Origin: Tubiluchus corallicola | Lineage: Eukaryota > Animalia > Priapulida | Direction: 5' to 3' | Assembly (NCBI GenBank): GCA_030141605.1 | Contig: JAQGDQ010000380.1 | Location: 160,067 to 224,066, forward strand | Length of the DNA: 64,000 nt | Shown: positions 30,285 through 42,000 of the stretch, piece by piece | Layout of the letters: each line of letters opens with the position of its first letter | Position numbering within the stretch: the first letter of the stretch is position 1 | Position numbers and translations under genes: made by a program | The notes under the pieces: generated by a model | Told to the model about the DNA's origin: nothing | Database searches by the model: none | Seen by the model: the letters and a program-made list of their open reading frames with translations, nothing else

Positions 30285-32982
30285 GTGCATGTGCGGGGGC
30301 ATGGGCGTGTGTGTGTGTGTGCTTGTAAGTCGAGCAATTGAGCTTTTCTAGTTATTCACATATTCTGAATCTCCATTTCATAAGGATCGTTTTGATACCA
30401 AGCTCATTCCTCTATGTTATTTCTAAGCTGAGATAATCCACGTTGAAGTTGAGGTGCAGGCTGCTCTCTAAAAATTGTAACCTTGAGAAAATCGCTACTG
30501 CAATTACTCTTGGTTTTTTGTCACGTTTCTACAAAACACTTAACAACGGTTGCTACGGACTTTGCAAGAGCACGTTGAAGTTATGTTTAAATCCAGTAGA
30601 TGGCACTTCTTGATGAAGATCTGGGCTTGTCAACAGAAAAAACCCGAAGCAAAATGACTGCCTCCAGTTGCTACAATCGGAGTTTGAAAATACAAGTTTT
30701 TTACAATTGCAGCACTAGTTTCTAGACAGAAAAGATGGTAAGGAGTTGACAATTTGATGCTAGAATATGAAAGTCCAATATATACTTTGAAGCCCCATAA
30801 CGTAGTTTTAACTATGCCGACTTGTGGACGGTTTTGGTATGCAAGCACACATATATGTCTCATGCAGTCGCAATATATGGCCTCCAATCAATTATAATGT
30901 TATTTTAATATACTTCTATGTAAATTAAACATACACTGTGGTCGTTTCTTCTCCTCTTTTCCTTCTTCCTATCCCTAATCTTACTATTTTTTCCATTCCA
31001 TCATGTCTACTAACCCTAACCATCTTTCATTCACTTATCCTCTCCTCTTTTCCTTCTTCCTATCCCTAATCTTACTATTTTTTTCCTTTCCATCATGTCT
31101 ACTAACCCTAACCATTCTTTCATTCAATCATCCTCCCCTCCCTTCCTTCTTCCTATCCCTAATCTTACTTTTTTTTCCATTCCATCATATCTACTAACCC
31201 TAACCATTCTTTCATTCACTCATTTGTGCCACCTTAACAAGCCAAGCTTTCAAGGTGTCATACAGCAACTCTTTTATTTGGTTAATTTGACTTCATAAAC
31301 CTTTTTTTACCTATACTGTTTCTTTTTGTTTCAATAATATTGTATGGTGATGTATTGTATATGTATTGCTGGAGTGAAATAAATTGATTGATTGATATAA
31401 ATTTTATCATGTTTTGCATACAGATGGTGATTTCTGCTCCCCGCCAACATCTCCTCCGCCCCCTGATATTTGTCCAGATGCAAACGATATTTTTCCGCTG
31501 ACGTGTGAAACAGATGAAAGCGGCGAGGCGGTTCATCTATACAGCGAAGGAAGCACAATAGACGCTGTGCTAGACGCTCTAGCTTATGTCGATCAACCGG
31601 TGGAAACTCTGTCGCTGACAGATTTTGCAGGAACAAACATTCGAGGAGATGCATTTGCTGGCAAGGAAATACGCAGGTGAATTATGAATTTATTCCACAG
31701 CAACACAAACATACATACAACTTGATATTACATTGAAAAAAGTAAATAAACTAAACGAGTTACTGAGGAAGGAAGGAGCACTGAGCTTTCGAGTCCTCCT
31801 TCAGATAAGTGATAACTATATTTTAATAGCATTATATTTTGATAACTGTTTCATTATATTAGTTTTTGGAAGAGGGAGTACATAGTTTCCGACTGAATAT
31901 CTTGTGTAATGATCATGTTGATTTGAAACTGGACTAAAGTGTGACTGAAAAGCTGGTGGAAGCATATATCTGTTACTTAACTGCATTGCTTTTTCCTGCA
32001 ATCTTAAAGATGGTTTGATAGTAAACGCTTCTACAGGGTAGAATGATAGCGGAAATATCAGGGCCAGTTTTAAGCAAATATTTGTTCAAAGTAGGTCCCG
32101 CGCCAAGGGGGGGCACCCAAGGACGTTATGACGAATTAATGAGAGTTCGGGAAGTTTTTTGAATTGTTTTCTAAATAAATTGTGTACTACTTGAGAGAGA
32201 CTACTACTTCATGATGCCTAAAATCAAAAAAATTCATGTTTGAGTAGCTTTATTACGTTTTTTATCTGTAAGAAAAACGATAACAAAATATAACAAACTA
32301 ATTTGAGCCAAAAAGGAAACAAAGAAATTAATAATAAAGTGAGACTGAACAATCAAAATAAACTTACATTATGGCTGTACTACTCTTGACAAATAAATGG
32401 TATAACTGAGACAAACAACGACAACAACAACAACTCTCTTAGCCAAGAACAGACTGTCAACTAGGCAGGTAAACTAGCTCTGTCACTAGAGCATGACAGA
32501 GAGAAGCCAAGTCAAGACATACATACGAATGTAGTTAAAAAGGACAGAATAAGGGGTTTACAGAATGAGAGAACACTGAAGTAATAAAATAACCTAAAAT
32601 CCTTCACACTACTACTTGGTACAATGAAGTGATACTGTGGTCTTTCTATCTTTTATATCATCTCATATATGAGCTTCATTCATTACATCATTCCATTCTG
32701 AAGCACTAAACGTTTTCTTTATCATATGATTCACTTCAAATTTTCAGATTATTTTCATTACTTTTTCTCTTTCACAGTGTGGGGACAATCTAACAAGCTC
32801 TGCACTACAAACTTTCACTATAAAATCCTTTCATGATTTAGTTAGAAATGAGCATACAAGTTTACAATGACAATTTACACAGAAAGCAAATTGAATTAAC
32901 ACAAATTTTGACACAGAAAAACATGAATATTTAATTTTTATTGGGACTACTGTTATGCTTCCGGCCAACACCAGGAAGAAAA

Positions 32983-33014
<32 letters not shown>

Positions 33015-36000
33015 CCCAACCATAAGTTAACTTGTTTACAATGTGAGCAACACTATTTACTGCAGGTGCAGCAAAATCGCAAGAGACAAAAGACCAAAAA
33101 ACGAGATTTATTGGCCGCCACTCATTTAACAGACAACATTAGAGCACTAACAGCTATTTAGGGACTCACACAATAATACAGGCAAGGATGCAACACACAA
33201 ATAACGAATAACACGTAGGGTATGTATCCTGGCTGCTAGTCTCGAACTCAAGACTGCATGGCTGCAGTCCGATATCTACACCACTCGGCTGCCCAAACCT
33301 GAACAAATACAACTTCTAAAAGGCCCTTAATTGTAGCAAATAGGCAATCGAGAAAACAGTAGCATATGGATGGATGTGGCAGCTGAGGATGCGGCAAATA
33401 TTGATAAGAAAAGAAATTTATTATATTATTTGCAGGATTTACATGAGAGGAACAGCTCTGAGTAGTATGGATGTTGACGCATTCAATGGACTTGAATCCT
33501 CGCTCAAACATCTGAGCCTTTACGGCAACTCCTTTGACTCAGTGCCGGATGCCGTTAGCATACTGACGTCACTGCAGTATCTTGATTTGTCGGGAAACAA
33601 AATCACGGAGATACCCAGTGGATCCCCGTTTGCGAAAATGCAACTGGGTAACTCTCTAACAAATCTGAAACTTGGATACAATGACATTGAAAGCATCGGA
33701 GAGAATGCATTCGAGAACCTCGTGGAGTTGCAACATCTGCATCTGTCCAACAATCAACTTACGAGTATCAGTGCAGAAACGTTTAACGGCCTGGAGAATT
33801 TACGATATTTGTGGCTGCAGATGAATGAGATTTCTACAATTGAGGTAAAACTAGTACGAAAGTGATAGAAGTGAGAGAGAGAAAGTGGATTTTGATTCGA
33901 GTCTGTTGAACACTTTTTGTTGCACTGCACATTGTATCAACTAGCTAGGGTTGTTATGTTTGATAAATTAAATGAAATACTTCTGCCCAAAAACCTTAAT
34001 ATAGCTGCCTTAGGAACTAATGATCTGTTGAAGTTGTTAGTATTTGGAAAAGATGAATTTAACTATGTTGCTAACTGTAAAATATTCCAATGCATACATG
34101 ACTTATATTACGTACTAAACGCTTCCAGTAGTTTCTATCTGATATGAAATGCATCAGTCTTAAATATTCGTACATTAATATTTTCTAACCGTCATTTTCT
34201 ACTAATGTCTAATGTAATCTTGTAGTAAAACTTGTCAGCTTGTGTAGTTATAGTCTATTCTTACTGTAAATGTTCTTGTAAATAGTGTATAAAGTCTGTT
34301 GTGGTGAGGATCCTAAATCATGTTGTTCAAACTGTCTGATCCAATCCTAAATAAATTATGTTTAAACTAAAGTGATGGTAACGATATCGGCACAAGAGGA
34401 GATTAACATTAACATTAACATTTAACGTTCTTTGCAGAGATTTTAGTTTTTTTGCTCTGCTGAAGTCAAACGCGTTCTGTTTAAATCTTATTGTTCAACT
34501 TTTTACTATTGTAACAACATTAGCACTAACAGCTATTTAGTGACTTACACTTACAAGAATACAGGTAAAGAGCCAACACACAAATAACGAAAAATATATA
34601 CGGTATATGCCCTGGCACTGGCAGCCGCTAGTCTTGAACTCAAGACAGCATGGTTGCTGTCTGAAATCTACACCATTCGGTCACCCAGTAAACACGTGCA
34701 ACACACTCGTGGAATATTTTTGCTGTTGAAAATTATGTTAGTTTGTGATGTCATCAATATTTGGGCTCGCACGACGTAAAAAAGTTTTTAATCTATTATT
34801 TTATTATCAGAATTGCTTTTGCAGTATTTACTGTGCTAAAATGTATACGTTTTATCCGACTTGAAAATGGGGTAGTATATGAAAAATCATCCTGTCTTCC
34901 TTTAAATATCTACGATGATTTTGTTCAGGCAAATGCCTTTGCGGGTCTGTCACAACTGACGTACATGTACCTGAACGACAATGAACTCGAATCGTTCGTG
35001 GATGGAACGTGGAATGGCTTATCGGCACTAAGATTCCTCTACCTGGATGAAAACGGACTCACTGACTTAAAGGTATAATTCAAAAGCTGTCTTGTTCGTC
35101 ATTTGTGTTAAGGCTCAGTCACTGTTGCATGGAGTCCTGATGGGGGCTCAGTCCCTGCTGCATGGGGCCCTATGGGGGCTCAGTCATTGTTGCATGGGGG
35201 CCCTGATGGGGGCTCAGTCACTGTTGCATGGAGCCCTGATGGGGGCTCAGTCATTGTTGCATGGAGCCCTGATGGGGGCTCAGTCATGTGCATGGGGCCC
35301 TATGGGGGCTAGTCACTGTGCAACCCACAGTCATGTTGCATGGGCCCTGATGGGGCTCAGTCACTGTTGCATGGAGCCCTGATGGGGCTCAGTCATGTTG
35401 CATGGGCCCGATGGGGGCTCAGTCACTGTGCTGGAGCCTGATGGGGCTCAGTCATTGTTATGGGGCCTGATGGGGTCAGTCACTGTTGCATGGAGCCCTG
35501 ATGGGGGCTCAGTCACTGCTGCATGGGTCCCTGATGGGGGCTCAGTCACTGCTGCATGGGGCCCTATGGGGGCTTAGTCACTGCTGCATGGAGCCCTGAT
35601 GGGGGCTCAGTCATTGTTGCATGGGGCCCTGATGGGGGCTCAGTCACTGTTGCATGGAGCCCTGATGGGGGCTCAGTCACTGTTGCATGGGACCCTGATG
35701 GTGGCTCCGTCATTGTTGCATGGGGCCCTGATGGGGGCTCAGTCACTGCTGCATGGGGCCCTGATGGGGGCTCAGTCACTGCTGCATGGAGCCCTGATGG
35801 GGCTCAGTCACTGCTGCATGGGGCCCTGATGGGGGTTCAGTCGCTGTTGCGTGGCAGATCAATGTAATTAAAAAATGTTTATGAGTTAGCGAGGCTTAGA
35901 TAAGTTCACAAATTTTAAATTTTAAGTCAATAAAAAGCACGTGATTCAGCAGTGTTTAATTCATGCACTGACAAATTTTGTCCTTGACAAAGTGAAAATT

Positions 36001-39000
36001 AATTACAAGAAATAAAAAGATATCTCTAAATTTTAAGAGTCTAAAATCATGTTTATTTTCAGGAGCATTCGTTCAACCACTTGGGTGCACTGCAATACCT
36101 TTATCTGCGCAACAATGACATCTTCGACGATTTCGTGGAGAATGAATTCAGTCAGCTCTCTGACCTGCGGGCCATAGACTTGTCAAACAATGTCATGACA
36201 ATGATAACAGAAGATGCATTCAAGGACTTACAGCTTCTGGAAACGATACATCTAAGCTTCAATAAAATAGAAGTGATTTGCCAGTCTGCGTTTGGAGGTA
36301 AAAAGATTTAAATTTGTAGCGGCAAAATTCTTTTCAAACAAAGGAAAAAACAGATAATAATAAAAAATAACTGGGACTTCAGTTCAAATCCTTTAACTTC
36401 ATTTTCAAACACTTAGCTATTTGTTACTGTATCAATTTCTTTTCTACTGGTCTGCTTATTCATTACCTGTTTGGCTTCTGTTGACTACTTAATTAATGCA
36501 TAACAGGCTCTGCCTATACAAACTGGTTGTATGTTTGTAAATTTACCACTGATGATGACAGCAGCAGCTAGTCGAAACGTTTGGCATGATTTAACCTTTA
36601 ACTTTTTGATGTAAAAGTGTTTAATAAAGTTGTGATGTTTTTAACTATGAAAAATAAATAATATGAAATTTCGAGTTCAAATTAAAATGGCCCCGTGGTG
36701 TTTAAACAGACCCTGTTTTGATGCCATCACGAGAAGTCACCAATTTCTGTTAATACGCCATTTAACTCTAAGGTGTTAGTACAGCACGTACAGCAAAATT
36801 TAAAGGAAAAACCAATTTTCTTGAGAAGTTGAGCTTATTTTAATATTTGACACAATTTTGTTAGAAAGATTCAGTGATAAAACTATGATAAGTAAGGATG
36901 AGCATCGAACGTACATATATTACTGATATTTTGAAGTACTGCTAAATGGCAACAAATTTTATCAGTTTTTTCTTATTTGTTATTTATTCTTATTTTCAGG
37001 GCTCACTAACTTGGCATACCTACATTTGGATTACAACGAAAACTTGGAATACTTGTTAGAAAATACGTTCGAAGGGGGAAAGTTGCCAACGATTTTGGAC
37101 GTAACAGGTACAAACACGTTAATTAAGACATTATCCACGATCTGATGAGCATCTGCCTAGCAAAATTTCCAACTCGTGTGTAAATGAAATTAACAAAGAA
37201 AGAAAAAAATTGGAAAAATTCACTTCCTCCAAGTATCTCGTGGATTTTGCCTAGAAACGTTAGCCATGATAACCATAACACCTTCGAACAAAAACCGCAG
37301 GAGATTGAGCTGCCTATGAAAATCGTAAAATTCAGAGGAACAGTCGTGCTTAATTCCTTCATGACCAAAGCATTTGCTGCATTTTGCTTAGGTTCATGAA
37401 AAACTGTTCTCACTAAGCAGCGATTACGTTATATTTCATAATTTTTGTAGGTTTCTACTCCTCACACAATTAACCTTCATGCAAAATTATAAATGAAATG
37501 CATTTGTCACTTTAGACAAATTAAAAATCGACTTTTCACAAAAAATTGAAAAAAGCTTTCAGTAACTGAAGTGTTTGCACTGTAACAACGTACAGTATCA
37601 CTTGTGTGAAAATGGTTAATGCAGAAAATTTCAACTACCCAAACACAACACTCCGATACACTTTGGCTTCAAGACTACTCTGATTTTAAGGAGAAATTCC
37701 TGTTAGAAGATGATACAATTTTAATTTCTCCTTGGCTGATCATTTGTTTTTTTCTGGAACTCTGTACAGCAGATGGTTCTCTTGGGCTATCACTCAAGCA
37801 GGCGATCAATAAAATACTGTGTACGATCAAGCAAGTGTACACCAGACTAAGCTACTCAATAAACTAACTTGGAGTGGCCCAAAAATGCTGAAGGAGTTAA
37901 ATTGGTACGGTCCTGAAGGAATCAAATGTTGACTTTGTACAATAACTAGAATTTAATAAATTTAAGATGTGTCTATGTCATTTAATGCAAACATAAATTT
38001 ACAGCAAGTGAGAAGTAAATAAAGTGCTATTGCATTTTGTCTTGTCTGTGCAAACATGTACAAGACATGCGCTAATATCAGCAATTTAATTATAGCTGTA
38101 TTTCCCAACTTAGTGTAGCACAAGTTGTGCTTAATGCAGTAATCACAAATCATAGTTTTATCAATGAACCTACATTACGTTAGAGAAACACTCATATCTC
38201 GGTTTGCCGGACAAAACCAGGGTGACGTCGGTCCGAATTGCCAATTGTCCATATTTACCTATACTACGCTAATTCAATAGGCGCCATGTATTAGACTCAT
38301 GGTGATGTAGAATCAACCGCCTAATTGTCTCAAAAACCTCTAGTACAGGCCCCTCCTATGCAAAAATATATAAAAACTGTCGGCAATTGACTCAAATAAC
38401 TACACATAATTGACTCTATTTATTTATACATAGAGATATACACGTGGTTACACTGATGTAATGATGTAAACAACGTGACGGCCTGCCAACTAGCAGTCAG
38501 TTCGCGAAACAAAAGACTGTATCTGTACTTTGTGGGACCTTTTAATGGTCCAGATTTTGTCCGATTCTTACGTAAAAGCGAAGTCCGGCAAACCGAGATA
38601 TGAGTGCATTTATACACGACTAATATTAACAACATGTTCATAGGAAACAGTTTCGAATGTGACTGCCATCACAGGTACCTTCGTGAAACAAACGATACTC
38701 AACTGATACGAGGAAAGTGCGCCGGTCCTGCAGACTCGGGACTAGTGGGTCAGGATGTATGTTTCAATCTTTTCATTCTCATTGACTTTACTGCAACGTT
38801 ACATAAACACCAGTGGCGGCTCGTGTATAGGTACTGTGGAACTGCAGCACCACCCTATTTTCACTCAATATTATCCATAATGTTCAATATAATAAGTCAT
38901 TTTTCTTTAGATCTTCCTTTATACTTGTACAGAACCAGAGTACGTGAGGGTAGCACTGTTTGCTTCACAGCCCAGCATGGTGTGTGTTTGGCTGTTGTGG

Positions 39001-42000
39001 CCATGTGCACATGCCTGAGATAACAGGCTGTGCGCTGTATTGTTAGCGTTTGCTGCTAGGTAGAGAAAGTACTGTTGCTCACACAGTATGTTGTCAGTTG
39101 TCATGTGCTTAACAACCGTGTACTGGCATATTCTTAAAATGCGACAATTTAGGGTAATCGTAAGCAAAAACTTTTTGGTTAAACAATGGCTAAAAGTGTT
39201 CTGAAGCAGCTCACCCACTAATTCTAGCTATCGAGCCCCCACTGATGCTCATGTTGAACTTAGACAGTATCAACATCAGATGCTGATTGTAATTTAGTAT
39301 AATAAAATCACCTGTATTATTTATTATATGGGTATTATATTATGGAGAGTCAATGTCCATAAAAGTATTTATGTTTTGAAAGAAGTCTATGTATCACAGC
39401 AAAAAACTCAATATTTAAGTTAATTACTAGGGTGAGGATTATCTACCAGAACATTCGAATCGAATTTTTCACTTTTGAACAGAAGTTCAAATGGAACTTC
39501 AAGATTTCGAATCCGTATTGAATTCGATTCTAAAGATTTTGAAATTATAAATAAAACGCGGTCTCGCAAAGATCATGCATATTGCTTGAGCTTGTTCTAC
39601 AGTAAAAACGCAAATAATTTGTTTAAAAATTATGCACAAAGATCACAGCTAGAATGTGCTGATTGCAATGACTGTTTCAAACGTTTTAGTAATAAAGAAC
39701 ATAATGTAGTTAAAGCGGTGACTTCTTTGAATCCATAGTTTTCGGTTCGAATCAAACTCGAATTAAAAAAACTGATTTGAATTGAGTGCGAACGTTCTAT
39801 GCTCACCCCTAGTAATTACCTGATGCTGTGGTAATTATCTCCACACATGTGAAAGTTCCCTAATGTGCCGAAATGTTTAAAACTTTCGTAGCGTCATACA
39901 CTTGCAATTCGTGAACTTCATAAATGATTTTTCAGATTTTCCTCGTTCCTGCTTGGATGTTCGTCTGTTCTTGTCCAGACGGTGAATGTTGGAACATTAA
40001 TTTTGACGAGGAGTGTGGAGTACCAGTGACAAGGACCACAGTGGTAAATAATACATCACAAATTTCTCTTGACTCAAGAGTTAAATAAAAACGGTAATTG
40101 TTCCTACTCATGTCCGAAAGCCTTGACACCAACATGTGACTGGTAATGCACACAGAATGGCACTGAGTTTTAACCACTGCATTTGCCCGAATGATCCTCA
40201 AGCAGTTAGGAAGGCTTTATTGTTTAAAAACAGTCTCCAAAGTACCGGCAATCTGTTGCATTTTACAAGGGCTTTTACTACCTGACTCAAACTCTAATAT
40301 GTGGAACAGGGTCAATGTTAGAGTTAGGGTTACAGTACTTAAATTTTGCAGGGAATTGTAAACTTCTACCACTAGATCTCCTAGTGCATACGTTAGGGTT
40401 AGGGTTACAGCTAAGGTCAAGGTTAGAGTTGGGGTTACGGTACTTAAATTGTGCGGGGTACTTAATTTGGTACTTAATTTTCACTTTCGCAAACATTGTA
40501 CATGCACTCGTGGAATGATGTAATTACATTTAGTAGTGATGTTACCATTTCCTGCGTTCACCGACTGTATTTAGTTTTTAACCTGTTATTTAATTAATTT
40601 TATCAGGAGCACTTTGACATGAAATCAAACCAACTCTTCAAATCAACATGATCATTACACAAGATATTCAGTTGGAAACTATGCACTCCCCTGTCCAAAA
40701 ACAAACATAATGAAACAGTCATCAAAATATAATGCTATTAAAATATGGCTATCAATTCCGCATGAAATGAAAACTCTTAATCTTTATCAATTTAAAAAAG
40801 CACCAAAGAACTACTTACTACAACGATATAATTAACTCACAATTTTACTCAAAAGCTCAATGCTCCTTCCTCCTCCTCACAGTAACTCGTTTAGTTTCTA
40901 ATTTTTTAATGTAATAACAACTTGTATGTATGTTTGTGTTGCTGTGGAATAAATTCATAATTCAATTCATTACTATAGGCGTCAAAACGTACACTTTTTA
41001 GCATACATAATGGATCGGGATATGAAAACTCATCCCATTTTCCTTTAAATTTCTAGGTTATGAAGTACACAACACAAAGTTTTACTAACCAGTGCAATTT
41101 TTCCTTTGTTAAAATTTCAGGAGACCACAACACCGGAAAGCGATGTTTCTATTCAGATTTTATCTGTTCTTGTGGAACGTAAGTAACACTTCTATTTTAT
41201 ACGCATAAAAAAATCTACTATATAGGACAGTGTGTGTGACCAGACACACAGGTTTAGGTACCAACTGCACTAAAATTGAAATGAATGATGCAGAAGTTTA
41301 CCACAAATTTCAGCATCAAGACGGTGTTATTAAAGCACAAGGAAACCCTCCACTTACATAAAGCTTAAAAAATTCGTGTCAAAATTCTATACCGCTTACG
41401 TACTGCCTTTTTACATAGAGGGCTTGCGTCAGTAGTGACGCTGTATAAAACCTGTAAATTGAAACTCCCACAATGACCGTTAGACGCAGCCATTTTGACC
41501 ATAAGTCATTTGAAAGAAGTTTAGATAACATTCGGTAAACTTTAAAAATATAATCAGAGAATTTGTAGCGCACAAGTCACCAACTAAGTAAAATTTAAAA
41601 TTACTGTATCTTATTAATAAGATTAAAAATACATTTTTGGTTAGTGAGTGGTGCACTCTGGAGGGTGAGTCAGTGATATTTAACCAAATGGTGAAAACAT
41701 TTTAAATAATTAATAATTTTCTTTTCTAGTTACATAAGTCTTTCAAGCAGGTAAGTGAAATGCTAAGTAACATAGATTTGCATGGTAGGTTTTTGGGACA
41801 TCATTTAACATTCCCTTTTCTTCCCTTGATATACGTTTGTGTAGTGACTGTAACGTCATGTAATGGCTACTTCGGAACAGTATTGCAAGAGATTTAAAAT
41901 GAAAACAAACAAAAAATCCTTTCGATGCGAACACGATACGTAATATAGATATATGCATAAAATTGCTATAAATTAACATAATTTTTAAGGCAATTTTTCT

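Noticed and set aside
31778-31806. Second hammerhead-like motif on the - strand (ctgaaggaggactcgaaagctc)
   Set aside because: The core lacks the conserved A9 and stem I is poor; at best a decayed relic.
35092-35867. MGAQSLLHGAL / WGPDGGSVT repeat ORFs
   Set aside because: 33-bp minisatellite; the indel-rich middle looks like unpolished consensus.
40300-40445. TTAGGG-like motifs (also ~3345-3360 and TAACCC at 20.7-21.3 kb)
   Set aside because: Only 1-3 units embedded in dispersed repeats; not a telomeric array.
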